64,000 nucleotides of DNA from the NCBI GenBank assembly GCA_965229215.1, contig OZ245864.1, positions 58,640-122,639 of the forward strand, given 5' to 3'. Positions 29,232 through 37,805 of this stretch are shown here, piece after piece. The stretch's first letter is position 1, and every line of letters starts with the position of its first letter. The notes under the pieces were generated by a model. That model did not search any database and had not been told where the DNA came from. It worked only from the letters and a program-made list of their open reading frames with translations. Source of the stretch: Tagaea sp. (GTDB taxonomy: Bacteria; Pseudomonadota; Alphaproteobacteria; CACIAM-22H2). The translations under genes were made by a program, and so were the position numbers.

Positions 29232-29906
29232 ATGACGGCGTCCGGAAGCCTGAAAATATCGGGATGCGTGGCAATCCTCCGCCTGACCGGGGGGGATCCG
29301 GCCAGCGCGCGCCTTGTATGGGCGGATGCGCCCTTTTTCACCAATTTCGAGGGGGCCGGCGTGGGTGCGCCAGCGTTCGCCGCCGGCGTCTCGCCGTCGC
29401 TGACGGCGGCCTTTGCGGCCCTTGGCGAGGGCAAGGAAGCGATCGTGCCGTGTGCCGGGGCGATCCTGTGCGGCCATCTGATCGAGGCCGATCTCGGCCT
29501 CGTGGCGCTGGGCGGCGGGCAGTTCCTCGTCGCGGTGCCGCTCGCCGAAGAGGACGACACGGAATCCGAGGACGCCAAGCTTGCCGAGATCCTCGACGCG
29601 CTCCCCGTCGCGGTGACGCTCGTCGGCACCGTCGACGGCACGATCCTGTGGATGAACGACGCGTTCCGCGATCTGCTCGGCGGCAGCGAGTTCGACCTGA
29701 TGGGAACGTCGCTGGCCGGTCACTTCGCGCTGCCCGGCGCCTTCAAGACGCTGATGGGGGCGACGGGGCCGGTGGTTCCGTCCTCGCCGGTGCCGACCGC
29801 GCTGAAGACGCTGTCGGGTGTGATGACGCCGGTGATCGCCAACGCCAAGCGCGTCTCGTTCCGCGGCCAGCAGGCGGCGATGGTGTCGCTGACGCGGGGG
29901 CTCTAG
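29232..29906 (+). CDS. hypothetical protein with C-terminal PAS-like domain and no output domain
   Basis: 224 aa. An acidic linker (EEDDTESEDAK), then ILDALPVAVTLVGTVDGTILWMNDAFRDLLG, a typical PAS N-cap/beta-strand pattern. I do not recognise the N-terminal half. ATG with a GGGGGGAG SD is preferred to the GTG at 29214. Confidence 0.5.
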   Translation: MTASGSLKISGCVAILRLTGGDPASARLVWADAPFFTNFEGAGVGAPAFAAGVSPSLTAAFAALGEGKEAIVPCAGAILCGHLIEADLGLVALGGGQFLVAVPLAEEDDTESEDAKLAEILDALPVAVTLVGTVDGTILWMNDAFRDLLGGSEFDLMGTSLAGHFALPGAFKTLMGATGPVVPSSPVPTALKTLSGVMTPVIANAKRVSFRGQQAAMVSLTRGL

Positions 29907-29913
29907 GGGAAGT

Positions 29914-31032
29914 TCAGATGCCGCGCTTGCGCGCGGCGGCTTCCAGCTCGTCGATGAGCTGCATGCCCGGGACGATTTCGGAACGCACGAATTCGAGGCG
30001 CTTGTTCGGCCCGCCGCTCGCGGTCGGGAACCGGTCGCGCCACAGCTGCATCTTGACCGACAGGCCGCACAGCACGCCGCCGATCGAGCGGTGGTTCGAG
30101 AAGACGAGGTCCTTCATCTTCGAGAAGCTGTCGGCGTTGATGTCTTTCCAGAAATCGGCGCTCTTGCGGTTGAACGCCTCGAAACGGCCGGTCAGCGAGA
30201 TGATGACGCCCGACAGCGAGTCCTTCACCTTGTCCAGCATCTGCTTGGACATGCGGTCCTGCTTGATCATCTGGTTTTCCTCGAGCGGCTTCAGCCAGTC
30301 GAGGAAGCCCTGGACCTGCGGAACGACAAGGTCGAGGCAGGCGCGGAAATAGGCCAGCGACAGGAAGGTATCGCCGTAGTCTTCGAGGAAGCGCGGGATC
30401 TCGGTCAGCGGCACGTTGAGCTTCTGCGACATCATGCGCAGGTTTTTCAGCGCGTCCTCGCGGTTCGGCGTGGTGATCAGCTTCATGATGTCGGAAACGT
30501 CGTTCACCACGAAATCGTCCGATCCGTAGATCTGCTGGATCAGCGGATGGGTGAACACCTTCATGTGCTCGGTCAGTTCCCGGCGCTTGCCGTCGGAGAG
30601 CTGGAGTTCCTTCTTCAGGTCGATGTTGAGGTTGAGCGCGCGCAGCGCCACGCGCAGCGTGTACACGTCGAAGGAGGGGATGCTCGAGAGGCTCTGCAGC
30701 AGCGGCATATCCTTGCGCAGCGGCTCGGCATAGCTCTGGAAGACGCTGTGCAGCGTGTCGAGCGGGACCTGTGCCGACTTGTGGCCCTGGTCCTTGTAGA
30801 GTTCGACGACGGAATCGAGGCGGACGTTCTTGATCAGCCGGAGACGGCGCAGGCCGGGCGTCTCGAGCGGGATGATGCGCAGCGGCAGGATGTGGAGGGC
30901 GTCCTGGCCCTCCGCATCGTACTCCTCGACATTCGCATCGCCAGCAGCCGGCGGCGGTACCGCTTCCGCGCCCGGCGAGGGCGCAGCATGCGGATCCGCA
31001 GCAGGTGCGGGCGGCGTGTCGGTGCTGTTCAT
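29914..31032 (-). CDS. hypothetical protein (372 aa), no family recognised
   Basis: Long ORF with coding-like composition. Pro/Ala-rich first ~45 aa, then a K/D/L/F-rich and apparently helical body. Visibly lower GC than its neighbours. 42 nt downstream of the cheZ-like gene on the same strand. Confidence 0.6.
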   Translation of the reverse strand: MNSTDTPPAPAADPHAAPSPGAEAVPPPAAGDANVEEYDAEGQDALHILPLRIIPLETPGLRRLRLIKNVRLDSVVELYKDQGHKSAQVPLDTLHSVFQSYAEPLRKDMPLLQSLSSIPSFDVYTLRVALRALNLNIDLKKELQLSDGKRRELTEHMKVFTHPLIQQIYGSDDFVVNDVSDIMKLITTPNREDALKNLRMMSQKLNVPLTEIPRFLEDYGDTFLSLAYFRACLDLVVPQVQGFLDWLKPLEENQMIKQDRMSKQMLDKVKDSLSGVIISLTGRFEAFNRKSADFWKDINADSFSKMKDLVFSNHRSIGGVLCGLSVKMQLWRDRFPTASGGPNKRLEFVRSEIVPGMQLIDELEAAARKRGI

Positions 31033-31074
31033 ACGCTCTATTTACGATGCCTGCGAGCGATTGGCCAGTGTGGA

Positions 31075-31941
31075 TCAGTCAAATAGCTTGTCGATGTCGG
31101 CCTGCGAGGCCGTTGCGGCAGCCGCGGCCGGTGCGGGCTGGGCTTTGGGTGCCGGCGGCGGTTCGGGCGCCTTGGCCGGCGGCTGCACTTCATTTGTAGT
31201 CGGAACGGGTCCCGCCGACGCGGCGCCGGCAAGCAGCGCGTCGATCTCGACCTGCGTATGACCTTGACCAGGCATGGCCGGTCCGTTCAGCAGGTGTGCG
31301 TCGCGGCGCTGATCGACGCCTTCGTCGGTACGTAATTGTGTGCCGGAAATATTCTCCGGCCCCCAGATCGCGACCATCGCGGCGACACGCTGGTCGATAT
31401 AACGCAACGTACTGACAACTTTGGATATCCGCTGGCCGGTAATGTCCTGGAACGAGCAGGCGGTAAAAATTTCTGTCGCCTGTTCGGTCAGGACCTGGCC
31501 GGCCTCGGCCTGCTCGGGCGGCAGCGTGCCGGCCACTTCCATGATCCGTTCGGCGGCATTGAGGATGTCGGACGTGGCGCGCTCGGTCGACGCGACGATC
31601 TGGTCAAGTTCACTCGTCGCGGCATTGATGCGGTTGCCCGCCTGCTGGACCTTGGGGTCCTTGTTGTAGATCGAGGCGATTTCCGTCTTCGCGGTCTGGA
31701 TGTGCGAGGCCATGCTCTGCAACTCGGCGCGGAGCACGTCGAGGCTCTGGGTTTCCCGCGCGAAGCCGATCTGCTTGAGCGTCCATTCGCGGAACGACGA
31801 GGCGATGCGCCGTGCCTCGTCGACCGAGACGACCCGCTGGCGGGCATCGCGCATGCGCAGGAAGGTCCGCCCGCGGGCGCTGTTGAGAAGGGCGTCTTCG
31901 ATCGCGAAATAGTCGTCGTCGGACAGGTCGAGCTTGGACAT
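31075..31941 (-). CDS. cheZ: CheZ-like CheY-P phosphatase
   Basis: 288 aa. ACSFQDITGQRISKV keeps the D-x3-Q catalytic spacing of enteric CheZ (FQDLTGQ). After a Pro/Ala-rich tail, the C-terminal ASQADIDKLFD resembles the CheY-binding C-terminal peptide. Confidence 0.65.
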   Translation of the reverse strand: MSKLDLSDDDYFAIEDALLNSARGRTFLRMRDARQRVVSVDEARRIASSFREWTLKQIGFARETQSLDVLRAELQSMASHIQTAKTEIASIYNKDPKVQQAGNRINAATSELDQIVASTERATSDILNAAERIMEVAGTLPPEQAEAGQVLTEQATEIFTACSFQDITGQRISKVVSTLRYIDQRVAAMVAIWGPENISGTQLRTDEGVDQRRDAHLLNGPAMPGQGHTQVEIDALLAGAASAGPVPTTNEVQPPAKAPEPPPAPKAQPAPAAAAATASQADIDKLFD

Positions 31942-32018
31942 GGTTCGGCAATTCCCGTGTTTTCGGACGGGAAAGCTAGCGCAGAAAGCGCTAATGCAAT
32001 GTTAAAGGCCGGACCGGA

Positions 32019-33167
32019 TCAGAGCAGTTCGCCCGCCACCGCGCGCCGGAAAATGCGTTCCAGTGCAGGGGCATCGACGGCGCAAGGATTGCCGCCTGCC
32101 GACGGGTCGCGGGCGGCCATTTCGCCGATTTCCGGCGCCCGCGCCGCGTCGACGCCGATTTCCTTCAGCGTATGCGGAATTTTGAGCGTCCGGCGGAAGG
32201 CGAGGACCCAGTCGAAGACCGCCGCATAGTCCGCGCGCGGCAGGTCGAGGACACGCGCCACCAGGCCCATCCGGCCTTCGATGGACGTCCGGTTGTGCTG
32301 CATGACGTAGGGCAGCAGCACGGCGTTGGTGAGGCCGTGATGCGTGTCGTAGACGGCGCCGATCGGATGGGCGAGCGCGTGCACGCCGCCGAGACCCTTC
32401 TGGAAGGCGACGGCCCCCATGCTGGCGGCCGCGAGCATGCGCGCGCGCGCCTCGATGTTCGCGCCGTCGGCGACCGCGCGCGGCAGTTCGTCCTTCACAA
32501 GCCGCATGCCTTCGAGCGCGATGCCCTCCGCCATCGGATGGAATCCTGGCGCGCAATAGGCCTCGAAGCAGTGGACGAAGGCGTCGACGCCGGTGGCGGC
32601 CGTGATGTGCGGCGGCAGGCCGACAGTGAGCTCGGGATCGGAGATGACGATGCCGGGCATCATCTTGGGATGGAAGATGATCTTCTTCTCGTGGTCGGCC
32701 TCGTTGGTGATGACCGAGGCGCGGCCCACTTCCGAACCCGTGCCGGCCGTCGTCGGGATCGCGACGACGGGCAGCATGCCGTCGGGATCGACGCGCTTGA
32801 AATTGTCGCCGACATCCTCGAAGTCCCATAGCGGACGCTTCTGGCCTGCCATCAGCGCGATCGCCTTGGCCGCGTCGAGCGCCGAGCCGCCGCCGAACGC
32901 GATGACGCCGTCATGCTTGCCGGCGCGCAGCGCCGCGAGGCCGTCATCCACGTTCTGGCCCGTCGGGTTGCCCTTCACCTTGGCGAACAGCGCGGCGCCG
33001 GAAAGCTTCAGCGCGCGCGCGACCATCGGCGAATTGGCGAGGCCCGCGTCGGTCACCAGCAGCGGGCGCTTCATGCCGAGCCGGCCGCAGGCGGCGGCGA
33101 GTTCCTCGAGGCGGCCGGGGCCGGCCCACACGGTCGTCGGATAGTTCCAGTTGCCCTTGATCGTCAT
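32019..33167 (-). CDS. iron-containing (group III) alcohol dehydrogenase
   Basis: 382 aa from the ATG at 33167 (MTIKGNWNYPTTVWAGPG...). GGGSALDAAKAI and a His-rich metal site (...HALAHPIGAVYDTHHG). The rest of track ORF 32019..34178 is read-through. Confidence 0.85.
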   Translation of the reverse strand: MTIKGNWNYPTTVWAGPGRLEELAAACGRLGMKRPLLVTDAGLANSPMVARALKLSGAALFAKVKGNPTGQNVDDGLAALRAGKHDGVIAFGGGSALDAAKAIALMAGQKRPLWDFEDVGDNFKRVDPDGMLPVVAIPTTAGTGSEVGRASVITNEADHEKKIIFHPKMMPGIVISDPELTVGLPPHITAATGVDAFVHCFEAYCAPGFHPMAEGIALEGMRLVKDELPRAVADGANIEARARMLAAASMGAVAFQKGLGGVHALAHPIGAVYDTHHGLTNAVLLPYVMQHNRTSIEGRMGLVARVLDLPRADYAAVFDWVLAFRRTLKIPHTLKEIGVDAARAPEIGEMAARDPSAGGNPCAVDAPALERIFRRAVAGELL

Positions 33168-33181
33168 CGCGGTGCCGTTCC

Positions 33182-34570
33182 CTAGAGTGTCGTGCGCAGG
33201 TGGAAGGATTTGAGGCGCGTCAGCTGGTCGTAGCCCAGCGCCGAAAGGGTGGCGCCGCGGCCGGTATCCTTGACGCCCGTCCAGGCGAGGCCGGGATCGA
33301 GATAGTCGCAGCGGTTCATGAACACCGTGCCCGTCTCGATGCGTCCGCCGAGCTTCTCGGCGGCGGCCGCATCCGACGTCCACAGCGCCGCCGTGAGGCC
33401 GTAGGCGCTGTCGTTCATCAGCTTCACCGCCTCGTCGTCGCCGGAGACCTTCATGATGCCGATGACGGGACCGAAGCTTTCCTCGGTCATCACGCGCATC
33501 TTGTGGTTCACGTCGACCAGCACGTGCGGGGCAAGATAGGGCGTGCCCGCCTTGTCGGCCGGGAAATGCCTGGGATCGACAAGCGAGCGCGCGCCCTGCT
33601 TCACGGCTTCCGCGATCTGGCCGCGCACGAAGTCGGCGGCATTGGCGCGCACCATCGGCCCCAGATTGGTCGCCTTGTCGGTGGGGTTGCCGAGTTTGTA
33701 GCCCTTTGTCAGTTCCACGAAGCCATCGACGAACTTCGGATACAGGCTCTCGTGCACGTAGATGCGTTCGATCCCGCAGCACGACTGGCCGGAATTGAAG
33801 AAGGCGCCGTCGACGAGATTCTCGATCGCGTGGGCGAGATTCGCGTCGGCCCGCACATAGGCCGGGTCCTTGCCGCCGAGTTCGAGGCCGGCGCCGATGA
33901 AACGCTCGCCGATCGCGCGCTGGATCGCCTTGCCGCCGTCGACCGAGCCCGTGAAGCAGACGAAATCGGTGCGCGCGTCGCCCACGATGCGCGCGGCGTC
34001 GACGTGGTCGGTGTGCAGGATCTGGAACACGCCGGCCGGCAGGCCCGCTTCCTTCGCGGCCTCGGCATAGCGTTCGGCCACCAGCGGGGTTTGGTGCGAG
34101 TGCTTGAGCAGCACCGCGTTGCCCGCGGCGAGCGCCGGGATCACCGCGTTGACCGACGTGAGATAGGGGTAGTTCCACGGCGCCACGACGAAGACGAGGC
34201 CCAGCGGATCGCGCCGGATGAAGCGCGTGAAGCCGGGTTTGGCGGCGGGGGCGACGTCGCCCAGTGCCTCGGCCGCGATCGACAGCATGTGGCGCGCGCG
34301 TTCCTCGAAGCCGCGCATCTCGCCCGGCGTCTGGGAGATCGGGCGGCCCATCTGCCAGGTCAGCTCCTCGGCGATGGCGTCGCGGTGGGTAAGCATCGCG
34401 TCGACCATCCGCGTGAGGATGGCGACGCGGTCCTTCAGCGGCGTGCTCCGCCAGCCGCCCTTCGCCTTCTGCGCGGCGGCCAGCGTCGCCTCGATCTCGG
34501 CCGCACCGGCCAGCGGGCGCGTGCAGTATTCGCGCCCGTCGACCGGGCTGATCGTCTTCAGCATCTTCAT
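33182..34570 (-). CDS. NAD(P)-dependent aldehyde dehydrogenase
   Basis: 462 aa from MKMLKTISPVDG... ELGGKDP and FFNSGQSCCGIER catalytic-Cys motifs. Confidence 0.85.
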   Translation of the reverse strand: MKMLKTISPVDGREYCTRPLAGAAEIEATLAAAQKAKGGWRSTPLKDRVAILTRMVDAMLTHRDAIAEELTWQMGRPISQTPGEMRGFEERARHMLSIAAEALGDVAPAAKPGFTRFIRRDPLGLVFVVAPWNYPYLTSVNAVIPALAAGNAVLLKHSHQTPLVAERYAEAAKEAGLPAGVFQILHTDHVDAARIVGDARTDFVCFTGSVDGGKAIQRAIGERFIGAGLELGGKDPAYVRADANLAHAIENLVDGAFFNSGQSCCGIERIYVHESLYPKFVDGFVELTKGYKLGNPTDKATNLGPMVRANAADFVRGQIAEAVKQGARSLVDPRHFPADKAGTPYLAPHVLVDVNHKMRVMTEESFGPVIGIMKVSGDDEAVKLMNDSAYGLTAALWTSDAAAAEKLGGRIETGTVFMNRCDYLDPGLAWTGVKDTGRGATLSALGYDQLTRLKSFHLRTTL

Positions 34571-34580
34571 CGCGTCGCCC

Positions 34581-35948
34581 TCAGATGATCTCGAAATAGC
34601 GCTGAAGCTGCCAGTCGGTGATCGCCTTGTTGTATTCGCGCTGCTCCCAGTCGCGGGTACCGGCATAGTGTTCGACGAAATCGTCGCCGAACAGCTCGCG
34701 CGCGGCCTTGGACGCGAGGAGGCGCTTGGCCGCGTCGCCCAGCGTGCGCGGCAGCTGGAGCTTGGCGGGCGCTTCGACCGCGTAGGCGTTGCCCGAGACC
34801 GGCTTCGTCGGCTCGATCTTGTTCGCGATGCCCCACAGGCCGGAGCCCAGCGCCGCCGAGAAGGCGATGTAGGGATTGATGTCGGCGGCGGCCACGCGGT
34901 ACTCGACGCGCTGCGACTTGGCCGAACCCGGAATCACGCGCAGCGCCGTCGTCCGGTTCTCCACGCCCCACATCGACGCCGTCGGCGCCCAGAAGCCGGG
35001 GATCAGGCGCGTGTAGGAATTGACCGTGCAGGCGATCATCGCCAGCAGCTCGGGCATCAGCATCTGCTGGCCGCCGATGAAATGGCGCATCGTGTCGGAG
35101 ATGCCGTGCGGCTTCCTGGGATCGTGGAAGGCCGACTTGCCCTTCTTGTCCTGCAGCGAGATGTGCAGATGGCCGCTCTGGCCCGGCCAGTCGTGCGAGT
35201 ATTTGGCCATGAAGGTCGCCATGCGGTTCTGCCGCTGGGCGAGGATCTTGGTGTAGGTCTTGAAGAGCGCCGCCTTGTCGGCCGAAGCGAGGATCGAGTC
35301 CACGCCGATCGCGGCCTCGAGCACGCCGGCGCCCGTCTCGGTGTGCAGGCCTTCGATGGCGACATCCATCTGGCGCATCGTCTCGAGCAGGTGGTGGTAG
35401 AATTCGGCGTGCACCGAGTTGCGCAGCATCGAATAGCCGAAATAGCCCGGCGTGATGTTCTTCAGGTTCTTGTAATGCTTCGCGCGCACCGTCTCGGGCG
35501 TCTCGTCGAAGACGAAGAATTCGAACTCGGCCGCCGCCTTCGCGGTGAAGCCCATGTCGGCGGCGCGCTTGATCACGCGGCGCAGCGTGCCGCGCGGACA
35601 GACCTTCTCGGCCCGGTCGGCGAACTCGGCCAGGAACAGCACCGTCGAGGGTTCGAACGGGATGTTGCGGCAGGTATCGGGGATGACGCGTACGGGCGCG
35701 TCGGGATAGGCGGTGTGCCAGCCGGTGTATTTCGCGTTGTCGTAGAGCTGGTCGTTGGAGTCCCAGCCCAGCACGACGTCGCAGAAGCCGAAGCCGCCGG
35801 TCAGCGCCGACATGAACTTCTCGCGCGACATATATTTGCCGCGCATCACGCCGTCGACGTCGAACACGCCGACCTTCACGTTATCGATGTTGCGGTCCTG
35901 GAGGAGGGTGGCCGCATCTTCGGCTGTCTTGACGCTTCTCGGATCCAT
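34581..35948 (-). CDS. glutamine-synthetase-family enzyme (gamma-glutamyl-amine synthetase, PuuA/GlnA3-like)
   Basis: About 455 aa. ...VKVGVFDVDGVMRGKYM..., ...GAGVLEAAI..., ...SGHLHISL... are GS-type motifs. ATG 35948 with a GGGGAG SD is preferred to the upstream start at 35975. Confidence 0.75.
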   Translation of the reverse strand: MDPRSVKTAEDAATLLQDRNIDNVKVGVFDVDGVMRGKYMSREKFMSALTGGFGFCDVVLGWDSNDQLYDNAKYTGWHTAYPDAPVRVIPDTCRNIPFEPSTVLFLAEFADRAEKVCPRGTLRRVIKRAADMGFTAKAAAEFEFFVFDETPETVRAKHYKNLKNITPGYFGYSMLRNSVHAEFYHHLLETMRQMDVAIEGLHTETGAGVLEAAIGVDSILASADKAALFKTYTKILAQRQNRMATFMAKYSHDWPGQSGHLHISLQDKKGKSAFHDPRKPHGISDTMRHFIGGQQMLMPELLAMIACTVNSYTRLIPGFWAPTASMWGVENRTTALRVIPGSAKSQRVEYRVAAADINPYIAFSAALGSGLWGIANKIEPTKPVSGNAYAVEAPAKLQLPRTLGDAAKRLLASKAARELFGDDFVEHYAGTRDWEQREYNKAITDWQLQRYFEII

Positions 35949-36029
35949 GGAACTCCCCGTCTGTGACACGCGCACGACAATGCCGCATCGTCGCGTCCGG
36001 GTCTAACGGTTATGCGCGGTCCGAGAGGG

Positions 36030-36578
36030 TCAGCAGACCCGGCTGAAGCACGAACCCGAATCGTTCGGGTTGGGCTGGAACGGCGGCAGCAGTTCGGCCA
36101 GCAGGCTGCGCATGAACAGCTGGAATTCCGGGCTGTCGGGGCGCGTCGGCACCGGCGTGCGGCCGGTGGTCCGGGAAAGCTCGCCGCCGAAACGGCAGAA
36201 GGCGGCCGAGAGGCGCAGGTTTCCCGGCTCGTCGGGGAAGGGCAGCGCGGCGGTCGTGTTCGGCGCGCAGGAATTGGGCTGGTTCATGCCGAAATTCAGC
36301 GCAAGCCGGTACCCCGATCGCCCGGTCTTCTGGTCGGTCGTGAACTGGATCTTGTCGCGGTTGGGCAGCGCGTTGAGCGCCGCGACGATGGCGGCGTTCG
36401 AGATCGGGGCGCCGGTCACCGTCACGGGCACCGGGCCGTCGCCGGCGGCGAGGGTGCCCACGCCCACCTGGTACGACGGATAGTACGTGCCGACGAACGT
36501 GCTGTTGGCCGTCACGCAGCCGGACAAGACGAGGGCTGCCGCCAGGGCAGCGAGGGGCAGATTCGGGATGCGGATCAT
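36030..36578 (-). CDS. hypothetical lipoprotein
   Basis: 182 aa. Signal peptide with lipobox LVLSGC. Four further Cys, including a C-terminal CFSRVC. The start overlaps the hemA stop (ATGA). Confidence 0.6.
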   Translation of the reverse strand: MIRIPNLPLAALAAALVLSGCVTANSTFVGTYYPSYQVGVGTLAAGDGPVPVTVTGAPISNAAIVAALNALPNRDKIQFTTDQKTGRSGYRLALNFGMNQPNSCAPNTTAALPFPDEPGNLRLSAAFCRFGGELSRTTGRTPVPTRPDSPEFQLFMRSLLAELLPPFQPNPNDSGSCFSRVC

Positions 36579-37792
36579 GCTGCTTTCCTTAAGTCCAGTC
36601 GGCCCCAGACGTCAACAAGGGCGGCCAGGAGCCGGTCCATCAGGGCATCGTCGTGGAAGGGCGTCGCCGTCAGGCGCAGCCGCTCGGTCCCGCGCGGGAC
36701 GGTGGGATAGTTGATCGGCTGCACGTAGATGCGGTGGCGGGCGAGCAGGTCGTCCGACGCGCGCTTGCAGGCGCGCGCGTCGCCGACCAGCAGCGGCACG
36801 ATATGCGTGGCCGAAGGCATCAGCGGCAGGTTCGCGGCCGCCAGCAGGCGCTTGAGCCGCTGGGTCCGCTCGGCGAGCGCCTCGCGCTCGGCCGTGCTGG
36901 TCTTGAGATGGCGGATGGCGGCAAGCGCGCCCGCCGCGATGACGGGCGGCATCGAGGTCGAGAAGATGAAGCCGGCCGCGACGCTGCGCACCGCATCGCA
37001 CAGGGCGGCCGTGCCCGCGACATAGCCGCCGACGACGCCGAAGCCCTTGGCGAGCGTGCCCTGCACGATGTCGATGCGGTCCTGCGCGCCGTCGCGCTCG
37101 GCGATGCCCGCCCCGTGCGCGCCGTAGAGGCCGACCGCGTGGACCTCGTCGAGATACGTCATCGCGTCGTACGTGCGCGCGAGATCGCAGAAGGCATGGA
37201 TCGGGGCGACGTCGCCGTCCATCGAATAGACGCTCTCGAAGGCGATCAGTTTCGGGCGGGCGGGATCGATCGCCGCGAGATGGCGTTCGAGATCCTGCGG
37301 ATCGTTGTGCCTGAAGATGCGTTTCTCGGCGCCCGAATGCCGGATGCCCTCGATCATCGAGGCGTGGTTCATCTCGTCGGAAAGGATGACGAGGCCCGGC
37401 ATCAGCCGGCCGAGGGCCGACAGCGTGGCCTCGTTGGCGTTGTAGCCCGACGTGAAGACGAGGGCGGCCGGCTTGGCGTGCAGCCCGGCAAGCTCGGCCT
37501 CCAGCAGCACGTGCTGGTGGCTGGTGCCCGAGATGTTGCGTGTGCCGCCGGCGCCCGCGCCGTTGGCCTCCAGCGTGCGGCGCATCGCCTCGATCGTCGC
37601 GGGGTGCTGGCCCATGCCCATGTAGTCGTTCGAGCACCACACCACGACATCGACCGGCCCGTCGGGCGAATGCCAGGTGGCGTGCGGAAACGCGCCACAC
37701 TTGCGCTCGAGATCAGCGAAGACCCGGTAGCGCCCTTCGGTCTTCAGCCTGGCCGTCGCGTCGGAGAAATAGCGGTCGTAATCCCTGCGCAT
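36575..37792 (-). CDS. hemA: 5-aminolevulinate synthase
   Basis: 405 aa. Closely parallels Rhodobacter HemA as I recall it: ...[16 protein letters not shown]...[14 protein letters not shown]...[11 protein letters not shown]...[10 protein letters not shown]...[10 protein letters not shown]...[11 protein letters not shown]...[15 protein letters not shown]. Confidence 0.92.
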   Translation of the reverse strand: MRRDYDRYFSDATARLKTEGRYRVFADLERKCGAFPHATWHSPDGPVDVVVWCSNDYMGMGQHPATIEAMRRTLEANGAGAGGTRNISGTSHQHVLLEAELAGLHAKPAALVFTSGYNANEATLSALGRLMPGLVILSDEMNHASMIEGIRHSGAEKRIFRHNDPQDLERHLAAIDPARPKLIAFESVYSMDGDVAPIHAFCDLARTYDAMTYLDEVHAVGLYGAHGAGIAERDGAQDRIDIVQGTLAKGFGVVGGYVAGTAALCDAVRSVAAGFIFSTSMPPVIAAGALAAIRHLKTSTAEREALAERTQRLKRLLAAANLPLMPSATHIVPLLVGDARACKRASDDLLARHRIYVQPINYPTVPRGTERLRLTATPFHDDALMDRLLAALVDVWGRLDLRKAA

Positions 37793-37805
37793 CGTGCCGC
37801 CCCGC

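Noticed and set aside
31052-31067. TGGCCA-N5-TCGCA (sigma-54-like spacing) on the minus strand upstream of the 372-aa unknown gene
   Set aside because: Only 19 nt separate the -12 element from the ATG, which leaves no room for a leader with an SD. The hexamer matches are partial, and the gene is only 42 nt behind cheZ, so it is most simply co-transcribed.
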